Below are positions 1 to 8,124 of a stretch of DNA of 64,000 bases, piece by piece. The stretch is from assembly GCA_964503755.1 (NCBI GenBank), contig CAZDBO010000001.1:200926-264925 (forward strand), written 5' to 3'. Positions within the stretch are counted from its first letter, which is position 1. The number at the start of each line of letters is the position of its first letter. The translations under genes and the position numbers were made by a program. The DNA is from an uncultured Candidatus Saccharibacteria bacterium (GTDB taxonomy: Bacteria > Patescibacteriota > Dojkabacteria > JAOAGR01). Below the pieces are notes generated by a model. That model made no database searches. It saw nothing but the letters and a program-made list of their open reading frames with translations, and was not told where the DNA came from.

Positions 1-402
1 GGAGATACTACTATTTCTAGTTGGATATATAGTGTTTATTCGCTTTTTTGTCACCAAAAGTCTAGCAGATCTATATTTATATGTGGTAATCAGTGTGGAT
101 TATGTGCTAGATGTACATTCATATGGTGGTCTTTATTTTTTTCTGCATTTTATACATTTGTTGGTTTTGCTAAATATTATATTAGACCATTACATTGGGC
201 TGTTGCTGCTGGTTTGATGTTACCAATGATTTTTGATGGTGGATTGCAATTTGTCGCTACTCTTGTATCAATCTACACACAGACAGATCCTTTCTATGAA
301 TCCACAAATACGATAAGAGCGATTACAGGTTCTCTTTTTGGTATTGGGCTTGGATTGTTTATATTTCCTTTGCTAAAAAATGATCTAAGTAATGCAAATT
401 AA
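1..402 (+). CDS. DUF2085-family membrane protein (5' end outside window)
   Basis: Frame 1 is open from base 1. Translation reads ...GNQCGLCARCTFIWWSLFF...AVAAGLMLPMIFDGGLQFVATLV..., matching the CxxC...CARCTG core typical of DUF2085 proteins. Confidence 0.55.
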   Translation, partial: GDTTISSWIYSVYSLFCHQKSSRSIFICGNQCGLCARCTFIWWSLFFSAFYTFVGFAKYYIRPLHWAVAAGLMLPMIFDGGLQFVATLVSIYTQTDPFYESTNTIRAITGSLFGIGLGLFIFPLLKNDLSNAN

Positions 403-1006
403 GCTTAGTGAAGTTTTTATTTATAAATTAATTTCTTATATTTTTGAACCGTTTTTGGTGTATTTGGCAGTTATAATTTATTATTTGTTTTATCAAAATA
501 ATTTTAATTTTGTTAGTTATGAAACATTCATATATTTATTTTTACCTTTACTAACATTTTGTATTTTTCTAAAAATTAATGGGTTAAAAAATCTTGATTT
601 AAGTAATTATAAGCTTCGTAAAAAGATAGTTTTTCGTGCTTATCCTATTTTTGTGCTTATTATGCTTGTATCTGTATTTTTCGTTGAAAATATAAAATTT
701 CACTTGCTTCTGACTTTATGTGTATCACTTTGGGTAATAAGTCTTTTGTATATCAAAACAAGTGCGCATGTTTATTTTTTTATTACATTGCCTTCTATTA
801 TAAATTTGGACCTAATATTAGTTTTACTAATATTTACAATATCTATTTTTATTGCTTATTCACGTTTTAAGCTTAATAGACATACTTTAAAAGATTTGTT
901 TGTAGCATACTTCTTAGGGGTGTTATATTATTTATATTATTTATTTTATATTATTTATTTTATTTTATTTTATTTTATTTTATTTTATTTTCGTTTAAGG
1001 CATTAG
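392..1006 (+). CDS. hypothetical polytopic membrane protein
   Basis: 204-aa ORF, very hydrophobic with several predicted TM helices. The 3' end contains the ATTTT pentanucleotide repeat. Confidence 0.4.
   Translation: MQIKLSEVFIYKLISYIFEPFLVYLAVIIYYLFYQNNFNFVSYETFIYLFLPLLTFCIFLKINGLKNLDLSNYKLRKKIVFRAYPIFVLIMLVSVFFVENIKFHLLLTLCVSLWVISLLYIKTSAHVYFFITLPSIINLDLILVLLIFTISIFIAYSRFKLNRHTLKDLFVAYFLGVLYYLYYLFYIIYFILFYFILFYFRLRH
957..991. repeat. (ATTTT)7 perfect pentanucleotide tandem repeat inside the 3' end of ORF 392..1006
   Basis: Read directly: atttt x7 at 957-991, preceded by a partial unit. It encodes ...YFILFYFILFYF. Confidence 0.9.
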
Positions 1007-1046
1007 TATATGATTATTATTGAATTGTCTAGAAACAGATATTGTG

Positions 1047-1052
1047 CTAAAA
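1047..1052 (+). promoter_or_regulatory. candidate -10 box (TAAAAT) about 9 nt upstream of tRNA-Asp
   Basis: TAAAAT at 1047-1052, with TTGTCT about 16 nt upstream. The genome is AT-rich, so this is weak support. Confidence 0.2.
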
Positions 1053-1061
1053 TCCACTCAC

Positions 1062-1137
1062 GGGCTCGTAGTGTAGTGGTTAACATGCCTCCCTGTCACG
1101 GAGGAGATCGAGGGTTCGAGTCCCTTCGAGCCCGCCA
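1062..1137 (+). tRNA. tRNA-Asp (anticodon GTC)
   Basis: Cloverleaf with acceptor GGGCTCG/CGAGCCC, anticodon stem CCTCC/GGAGG, loop CTGTCAC, T-loop GGTTCGAGTCC and an encoded CCA. Confidence 0.9.
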
Positions 1138-1158
1138 AATAATGATATTTAATAAAAC

Positions 1159-1434
1159 ATGGCAAATTTAAAGTCGTCGAAAAAAGATATAAGACGTATT
1201 GCAAGACGTACAAAACGTAGAAAACCTTTTGCTCGTAATGCAAATATCTATCCCAAAAAGCTAGAAAGACTTATCGCTCAAGGCAAAGTCCAAGAAGCAC
1301 AAGAATTTTTATCTTTGGTATTCAAAGCATTAGACAAAGCAGCCAAACAGAATATTATTCATAAAAATAAGGCTGCAAGGATCAAATCACGAGTTTCTAA
1401 AAAATTATATGCATTAGTTGCTCAATCAAGCTAG
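1159..1434 (+). CDS. rpsT: 30S ribosomal protein S20
   Basis: 91 aa, MANLKSSKKDIRRIARRTKRRKPFARN..., typical S20. Confidence 0.9.
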   Translation: MANLKSSKKDIRRIARRTKRRKPFARNANIYPKKLERLIAQGKVQEAQEFLSLVFKALDKAAKQNIIHKNKAARIKSRVSKKLYALVAQSS

Positions 1435-2045
1435 TGTATCTAATAGGTATTGATGAAGCGGGTAGGGGACCATGGGCTGGTCCTCTTTTTGTTTCTGTTA
1501 CGGTGATAAAAATAGAAAAAGTTCCACTATTTGTAGAAATCGGCGTTAATGATTCTAAAAAGTTATCTGCAAAAAAACGAGATATTTTATTTGATTTTAT
1601 TGTATCAAATGTAGATTACTATTCATTTTTATCTGCAGATGTAGAATTAATTGATAGCTTAGGTATTTACAAAGCTACAAAGAAACTGATGCAGGATTTA
1701 ATTTATGATTTACCTTTAAAATATATATCAAATTCGCAGGTAAAAATTGACGGAGTATTTGATTCTTTAGATATTAAAAATCGGTATTTTGATGAAAAAA
1801 TAGATTTTGAATGTATTATTGATGGTGATGAAAAAGAGATATGTATATCTGCGGCTTCTATTATTGCTAAGGTTCTAAGGGATAGAGAAATGATTCGACT
1901 AGCATCTTTATATCCTCAATATGGATTTGATAAGCATAAAGGTTATGGTACAAAATTGCACATAGAAGCATTAAAAAAATATGGAGTTTCTCCAGTACAT
2001 AGAAAAAGCTTCAAACCTATACAGAAATTATTGGCTTTTTTTTAA
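1434..2045 (+). CDS. rnhB: ribonuclease HII
   Basis: GTG start overlapping the rpsT stop. Contains the IGIDEAGRGPWAGPL motif of RNase HII. Confidence 0.88.
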   Translation: MYLIGIDEAGRGPWAGPLFVSVTVIKIEKVPLFVEIGVNDSKKLSAKKRDILFDFIVSNVDYYSFLSADVELIDSLGIYKATKKLMQDLIYDLPLKYISNSQVKIDGVFDSLDIKNRYFDEKIDFECIIDGDEKEICISAASIIAKVLRDREMIRLASLYPQYGFDKHKGYGTKLHIEALKKYGVSPVHRKSFKPIQKLLAFF

Positions 2046-2400
2046 ATCTCCAATAAATTATTTCTCTGCCAATTTCTGCTATTAATGACTCAAAATCATC
2101 AACTTCTGGATCAAATAATATTTCAAGAGTGGTATTATCTGTAAAAATGATCAAGATATAATCAACATGTATTTTGATTACATGATAATTAAATTGATCA
2201 ATAATTTCATTAATAACTTCAATTTTTCCATCAGCAAGTTTGGATACTTCATTTATATGAACTATCGTCAAATTGTCGCCTAGTTCTTCTTTTAATATAT
2301 TGTAAGCACTATTCATCATCTCCTCAATCTCTGACCAAACAACAAGAACTTCCTTTGTGGATTCACATTTATGCAGTTGATATGAAAATAATTTTCTCAT
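2017..2400 (-). CDS. hypothetical protein, translationally coupled downstream of sufS
   Basis: 127-aa ORF whose start overlaps the sufS stop as ATGA. No recognisable motif. It has a single Cys, so it is not an obvious SufU or SufE. Confidence 0.4.
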   Translation of the reverse strand: MRKLFSYQLHKCESTKEVLVVWSEIEEMMNSAYNILKEELGDNLTIVHINEVSKLADGKIEVINEIIDQFNYHVIKIHVDYILIIFTDNTTLEILFDPEVDDFESLIAEIGREIIYWRFKKKPIISV

Positions 2401-3638
2401 CTGAATATTTTTTTAATTTCTTTTAATGCATTAATAAATATATCTATTTCTTCTATAGTATTGTAGAAACATAAAGACACTCTTGCAACAGAATTGACTT
2501 TTAGCTCATGCATTATTATTTGTGTACAATTATGACCTGTTCGTATTGCAATGCCATGATTATCTAGTATTGTTCCAACATCATGAGAATGTACGCCATT
2601 AATATTAAATGAAAATATTGCTAAACGATTTTTATTTCTTTTGGGACCATATATTGTCAAATTATCAAGATTTAACAATCTTTCTAGCATATATTCACTT
2701 AATTTTTCTTCGTAAGATTTGATATTATGTAATCCTACAGATTGGATAAATTTTATAGACGCATCGAATGCTATTACATCAGCAATATTTGGAGTACCAG
2801 CTTCGAATTTGTTTGGAATATCAGCATATGTTGTATTTTCCCTTGTTACGGTTTTAATCATATCGCCACCGCCAAGAAAAGGGGACATTTTTTCTAATAC
2901 GGATTTTTTTCCAATAATTATGCCTACCCCCATTGGGCCTAAACATTTGTGAGCGGAGAATGTGAAAAAGTCCGGATTAATCTGTGATAGATTAATTTCA
3001 AAATGTCCACATGCTTGTGCACCGTCTATTACGATTAATGTTTTGGGGTTTTTATTTCGGATTTTTTTGATGATAGATTCAACATCATTAATTGACCCAA
3101 ATGTATTTGATACAAAACAGAATGAAACTATTACTGTTTTATCATCTATTTTAGATATCAAATCATCTATATCTATATATCCCTCTTCATCAAATCTGCA
3201 AAATCTAATTCCAAATTTTTTAGATTTTTGTACAAGTTGCCATGGTACTACGTTGGAGTGATGTTCTAAGTCGGTTAGTATGATATTGTGATCATCTGTT
3301 AGTTTTTCAGATATTCCATAGGCTATTAAATTTAGACTTTCGGTGTCGTTTTTGGTAAATACAACTTCATACTCATCTGATGCACTCCAAAAATTTTTTA
3401 TAGTGTTTCGGACATTTTCATACTTTTCAGTTGCTTCTTGGGATAAAGTATGCACACCTCTATGAATATTTGCATTATATTTTTCATAATATTCAACTAG
3501 AGTATCTATCATTACTTTGGGCTTTTGAGTAGTTGCGGCATTATCAAAATATATTAATCTCTTTCCATTTACTTTACGTTTTAATATTGGAAACTGTTTA
3601 CGAATATTTACTACATCAAACATGTTATGATTATACAA
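2397..3638 (-). CDS. sufS: cysteine desulfurase (SufS/Csd, class V aminotransferase)
   Basis: 413 aa with ...FDNAATTQKP..., the PLP-lysine context ...FSAHKCLGPMGVGII... and RTGHNCTQ near the C-terminus. Confidence 0.82.
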   Translation of the reverse strand: MYNHNMFDVVNIRKQFPILKRKVNGKRLIYFDNAATTQKPKVMIDTLVEYYEKYNANIHRGVHTLSQEATEKYENVRNTIKNFWSASDEYEVVFTKNDTESLNLIAYGISEKLTDDHNIILTDLEHHSNVVPWQLVQKSKKFGIRFCRFDEEGYIDIDDLISKIDDKTVIVSFCFVSNTFGSINDVESIIKKIRNKNPKTLIVIDGAQACGHFEINLSQINPDFFTFSAHKCLGPMGVGIIIGKKSVLEKMSPFLGGGDMIKTVTRENTTYADIPNKFEAGTPNIADVIAFDASIKFIQSVGLHNIKSYEEKLSEYMLERLLNLDNLTIYGPKRNKNRLAIFSFNINGVHSHDVGTILDNHGIAIRTGHNCTQIIMHELKVNSVARVSLCFYNTIEEIDIFINALKEIKKIFR

Positions 3639-3643
3639 CGATT

Positions 3644-4423
3644 ATGCGAGGAAATATAAAGGCATTGTTAATTTTTCTAAAGAAACAAAATATTGACTTT
3701 GTACAGCATGATGAAAATTTTATTGAAGTAAATTATAAAAATCAAAAACTATTTTTTATAAATTGTCGTGTCCCTTTTAATGATCATGCAAAATCAACCT
3801 TGTTTACCGATAAATATTTTACATATACATTACTCAAGGATAATCTAAAAATGCCGAAAACTTATTTTTACTTAGATCCTTTTGTTGAAAAGAAGTTTGA
3901 TAGATATAGAAAATTTTTAACTTATGATGAAATTTCTTCTGATGTCAAATCTAAATTTTCACTACCCTTTGTAATAAAACCAAATAGATTATCAAGGAAA
4001 AAAAATTTTTTTCTTATAGATGATCCGAAAAAGTTAGAGTTTGCTATTAAGCAAATTTTTAACCATAAAAGTGAAAATTATGATTATGGATTGATCTGTC
4101 AGGAATATATAAATATCAAAGATGAATATCGAGTTATTGTAGTTGCTAACGAAATCAAACTTATCTATAAAAAATGGAAATTTATTAAGATAACAGATAT
4201 TAATATGATATTTGATATTCAAAAGTTTGCTGAAAACATTGTAAAAACAGTGCAATTAGACTTTGTTGGTATCGATTTAGCATATGATATAAATGGAAAT
4301 CTTTTTTTAATCGAAATAAATAGTGCGCCTGATTTCACCCCATACATTAAACATAATTGTATTGACGATATTGTAGATATATACTCTTTTGCCTTTGAAA
4401 AATTCGTCTTCTATTTTACCTGA
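3644..4423 (+). CDS. ATP-grasp family ligase (RimK/alpha-L-glutamate ligase-like)
   Basis: Contains ...YRVIVVANEIKLIYKK...VGIDLAYDINGNLFLIEINSAPDF..., an ATP-grasp C-terminal signature. The start is set at ATG 3644 to avoid the 5' antisense overlap with sufS. Confidence 0.55.
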   Translation: MRGNIKALLIFLKKQNIDFVQHDENFIEVNYKNQKLFFINCRVPFNDHAKSTLFTDKYFTYTLLKDNLKMPKTYFYLDPFVEKKFDRYRKFLTYDEISSDVKSKFSLPFVIKPNRLSRKKNFFLIDDPKKLEFAIKQIFNHKSENYDYGLICQEYINIKDEYRVIVVANEIKLIYKKWKFIKITDINMIFDIQKFAENIVKTVQLDFVGIDLAYDINGNLFLIEINSAPDFTPYIKHNCIDDIVDIYSFAFEKFVFYFT

Positions 4424-5393
4424 TTGCTTTGTCTAATATTGGTTTTATGCCAATTTCATAATCTTGATTACCAACAATTTCGGCTAGAAGATTATAAGTT
4501 TTAGTTTGGCTGGTTTTCCCATCTAAGGTCTTTATAGTTACTTCTTTTACTTCATAAAGATAAAAGGTAGGTGTACCGGTAGTGCCTAATATATCACTGC
4601 TGAATTGTGATATTTTTCTCACATGCTCCTCGTATTGTCCCGAATTTATACATGATTCAAATTTATTTACATCTAACGACTTTGTAGCTTTTATACTATT
4701 AAAATATTCTTTCGCTTTATTTATATCGAATGGAGAAAAATTTTTATAATAGATAGTTTTTAGCTCAAAAAAAGCTTTTGGATCCTGCTCTCCAGCACAA
4801 TATAAAGATGAATGTTTTCTTATATCGCCTAACCCTTGTTTGTCAACAAAAATGTAGGTTAGTTTACCAGTTAACAAAAAATCACGCGATAATTTTTCAA
4901 AACTTGAATCTTTGTTTTGTTGATATCCATGAAACTTTGCACAGTTTATACAATCTAAGTCACTAATCTCAACGAATATATATTTTGCGTTTACATTATA
5001 AGTAAGTATCGGTTGGTTTTCTAGGACGCTATTGCTAGATTCATAGTTTTTGGGCGTCTTAAACGAATAAAATGCATATTTTGGTAATACATAAATTAAA
5101 TTTTTATATATAACATCATGCAAGTTGAAAGCAAAAATAAATGTAATAGAGACAATCAAACTGCTGATAATTATACTTAAAGATGCTATTAGGTTAAAGT
5201 TATACTTTATTTTTTTTAGTTTGTTTTCAAGCCATGGAAATTTTAGATCAAAATTCTGGAATCTCAGAAGAAGATTGTGTATCTGTGATGGAATTTGTTT
5301 GATTTGAGCTAGTATCGATCTCTTCATGATATAAATCTTTTCTATTATATACTGTTTTAAGAAGTGTTTCATTAAAAGGTTGGGGGAGCACAA
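4416..5393 (-). CDS. membrane-anchored DsbA-like thiol:disulfide oxidoreductase (thioredoxin fold)
   Basis: One N-terminal TM helix plus ...VEISDLDCINCAKFHGYQ..., a CxxC in DsbA-like context. The true start is probably downstream of 5393 (ATG at 5327 or a non-ATG start near 5250), because the 5' part overlaps another ORF. Confidence 0.5.
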   Translation of the reverse strand: MCSPNLLMKHFLKQYIIEKIYIMKRSILAQIKQIPSQIHNLLLRFQNFDLKFPWLENKLKKIKYNFNLIASLSIIISSLIVSITFIFAFNLHDVIYKNLIYVLPKYAFYSFKTPKNYESSNSVLENQPILTYNVNAKYIFVEISDLDCINCAKFHGYQQNKDSSFEKLSRDFLLTGKLTYIFVDKQGLGDIRKHSSLYCAGEQDPKAFFELKTIYYKNFSPFDINKAKEYFNSIKATKSLDVNKFESCINSGQYEEHVRKISQFSSDILGTTGTPTFYLYEVKEVTIKTLDGKTSQTKTYNLLAEIVGNQDYEIGIKPILDKAIR

Positions 5394-5529
5394 TATTTGT
5401 TTGTTCTATTAGTTTTGGATCAACTTCAAATTTACTAGACTGATGAAAAAATTCAGCTACTATCCAAATAACTAAGCCGACGATTATTATAGCTAAAAAT
5501 ATCGATATTCTAAGGGAGTTAAGTTGCAT
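5248..5529 (-). CDS. small single-pass membrane protein (hypothetical)
   Basis: 93 aa with an N-terminal TM helix and a Ser/Thr-rich tail. It overlaps the 5' end of the DsbA-like ORF in another frame, so it is uncertain. Confidence 0.3.
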   Translation of the reverse strand: MQLNSLRISIFLAIIIVGLVIWIVAEFFHQSSKFEVDPKLIEQTNIVLPQPFNETLLKTVYNRKDLYHEEIDTSSNQTNSITDTQSSSEIPEF

Positions 5530-5687
5530 AAGATCATACTATCAATTATTTTTTTATATTACAAGATTAGTGAGTTTTTATCTTATGGCACTGGCGATGA
5601 TATTTAACATAAAAGCTAAGGTCAAAACTCCTATTAAGATAAATAAAAATAAGAAAGCGATTTTTATTGTATTGTTATTCATAAAAT

Positions 5688-6968
5688 TTACATTTTTATT
5701 ATCATTCCTCTTTGTTTTGTAGGGGTAGTATAAAATTCTATTTCCGAATTTTCAAATTTTTTGGCTAAATCTATCTCTAAATCTAAAACTTGCATTTTAT
5801 TTGTATTACGTGAGTTGATATATAAAGCATTATTGATTATTAATCTAAAAATACGCCCGTTTTTATTTTTCATTCCGGAAAGACAAAAACAGTAAACAAA
5901 ATTCGGGTTACTAAAATTAATAATGGATTGATTTTTTATACCTTCAAAGGTTAAATTATTAAAATGTATAAATTCGACAGTAGGAGTGTTAATGCCAAAT
6001 TTAAGATAATTTTTGTTATCACCAAAAGGAATATTTAGTTTGCCAAACTTTATGATATATTGCTTTTCTGCAACTGTACCATATGATGTAAATCTGTAAG
6101 ATCCGGGTTGTTGTTTTAGTTGTGGATCATAAGCAATACTTGTCCTGCCAAACAGTTTTTTCTTTTCTAAAAAATCTTGCACTTTGTAAATCGATTTTTC
6201 TAACAGAATCCTTTCGGATGAGAAATTTGATAAGAAAAACTCTGTTAGTATCTCCTCTGTTGCTTGAAGTCCAAATACTATATATCGATCCTGCAAATTT
6301 AGTGTTTTCACCTCTTTAGATTTTTTATACAAATCATAATAGTTTCCAATAAATGATAAAAGTTCACTAATTTCCTTTAGAGATGGTAGATAAGATATTG
6401 TATAACTCCAATTTATTATTTGGGGTATAACTATTTTTAAATCAAATTTTGTATATATAAATTCTTCAGTTATGCCACGAGAACTATATAAATATTTAGT
6501 TCCATCTACAACTTCTAAATTATAATCTATACCTACATTTAGTATTTTGGCTGTTTCTTCTATGAGTTTTATTATTTTGAATAAATATTCTGGTTCATAA
6601 ATTGAGTTTGATAATTGTCTATCATTACATATAACAAGAGGATAAAGATTTTTCGATGGTATAAATATCTTTTCGTTATTTTCTAGTGTCAATCTGTTTT
6701 CGTAGGCTGTTTCTATCCATTCATCAATTTTATTTAAATATGTATGATCTACTTCTCCTTCGGAATATTCATGTTCAGGCCATACAATCGTATAAAACCC
6801 CCTTGAATTTTCTTCTATTTCTATTGGATTGTTTAAATGGTGATTTTTATCAATTTTATTATCGAATTGGACTTTATAATATTCGTCATTATAAAGCACA
6901 TAATCAACAATCTGCTTTTTAGAAAGTAGATTCTGTAATTTCTGCGCAAGTTTTTCTGTTAAGTTCAT
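5688..6968 (-). CDS. hypothetical protein (third gene of the PEP-utilising-like operon)
   Basis: 426-aa ORF with a 4-nt ATGA overlap to the upstream gene. No recognisable motif. Confidence 0.5.
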   Translation of the reverse strand: MNLTEKLAQKLQNLLSKKQIVDYVLYNDEYYKVQFDNKIDKNHHLNNPIEIEENSRGFYTIVWPEHEYSEGEVDHTYLNKIDEWIETAYENRLTLENNEKIFIPSKNLYPLVICNDRQLSNSIYEPEYLFKIIKLIEETAKILNVGIDYNLEVVDGTKYLYSSRGITEEFIYTKFDLKIVIPQIINWSYTISYLPSLKEISELLSFIGNYYDLYKKSKEVKTLNLQDRYIVFGLQATEEILTEFFLSNFSSERILLEKSIYKVQDFLEKKKLFGRTSIAYDPQLKQQPGSYRFTSYGTVAEKQYIIKFGKLNIPFGDNKNYLKFGINTPTVEFIHFNNLTFEGIKNQSIINFSNPNFVYCFCLSGMKNKNGRIFRLIINNALYINSRNTNKMQVLDLEIDLAKKFENSEIEFYTTPTKQRGMIIKM

Positions 6969-8026
6969 ATAAGCTTAGCTTTATTCTTTGATACAACAAA
7001 TAATGTAAATTTGTTATCTACAAACATTGATTTTGGAGCTGATTTTAGTATCACGAAATCACGATTTATTGTTTCGATTTGTTCGCCATCAAAAAAAAAT
7101 ACTTCATCTAACATCAGAGTATTGTTTTTTTCTAAATCCCTTGACTCAGATGATATACAAAAAAGTACAGGTGTCTTAATTGAAATTTTATTACATATTT
7201 GATTTAGGTAATCTTTATTGTAAAGGAAATAGGGGCTTTTGAGTTGCTTTAAATTTATAAGTACTTGATCACTTATATTGTCTATATCATAGAATTTTTG
7301 TGAGTCACTAAATATAAGTACTATATAATTATTTACATTTTTTAATGTTGATTTTTTCTTGTTTTTTTGTTTTTTGGGGATATCAATATAAGATAAATGA
7401 GTCTCCAAAGTATATGTCTTATTTTTGATTAAATCAGTATCAATATAGATATTTTTTTTACTAATTAAATTTGAATCTTGATAGATAAAAATTTCTAAAT
7501 ATACGTATGAATTATTGCTTGCCGATACTTGTTTTGAAGATTTTGTAAAATATTGACATAGATTATTCTCGACTACTAATTTATATTCGATGTTGATATT
7601 AGAGTATTTATCTTTAGTGTGATCTATACTTTCAATTAATATCTCTTTTAAATATTCAAAGTCAGATTTATTTATACTTTGATTATTTTGAGACTGTTCT
7701 TCTATATTTATGTAAATATTATTTATATAAACTTGTGATGATTTTTTATAAAATTGATAAATATTTTCACTATATGAATAGAGTCTTTGGGACAAATCTG
7801 CAAGATGTGTTTTGTCTGATTTACCGTTTAGAACAAGGTCTTTATAAACTTTGGTGAGACATATTCGTTCTTTTGTTTTGTGATAAGATCTTATTATGCG
7901 TTTATTTATAGTGTGTAAAGTAAAATTTTCTATTGATTCTACCTTAATGTAAATTTGCTTCTTTTGATTTGATTTAGAACAGGTTTTAATTATGTGAGGC
8001 TTGTGATTGTCATATTGATATATCAT
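6965..8026 (-). CDS. hypothetical Asn/Lys-rich protein (second gene of the operon)
   Basis: 353-aa ORF, same strand, tightly linked to both flanking genes. Confidence 0.5.
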   Translation of the reverse strand: MIYQYDNHKPHIIKTCSKSNQKKQIYIKVESIENFTLHTINKRIIRSYHKTKERICLTKVYKDLVLNGKSDKTHLADLSQRLYSYSENIYQFYKKSSQVYINNIYINIEEQSQNNQSINKSDFEYLKEILIESIDHTKDKYSNINIEYKLVVENNLCQYFTKSSKQVSASNNSYVYLEIFIYQDSNLISKKNIYIDTDLIKNKTYTLETHLSYIDIPKKQKNKKKSTLKNVNNYIVLIFSDSQKFYDIDNISDQVLINLKQLKSPYFLYNKDYLNQICNKISIKTPVLFCISSESRDLEKNNTLMLDEVFFFDGEQIETINRDFVILKSAPKSMFVDNKFTLFVVSKNKAKLI

Positions 8027-8124
8027 GATTTATACAATTTTTAATCATGAGATTATACATTGAAAATACGTATATCATCAATGCGATATAGTAATGAAAA
8101 ATGTGTTATAAAAATAGTATTTAT

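Noticed and set aside
1058-1243. ORF 1058..1243 (-)
   Set aside because: It overlaps tRNA-Asp and the 5' end of rpsT on the opposite strand.
3533-3643. 5' extension of the ATP-grasp ORF as given in the ORF track (start 3533)
   Set aside because: It lies antisense inside the sufS coding region, and the translation is low-complexity. ATG at 3644 (MRGNIKALL) gives a non-overlapping start.
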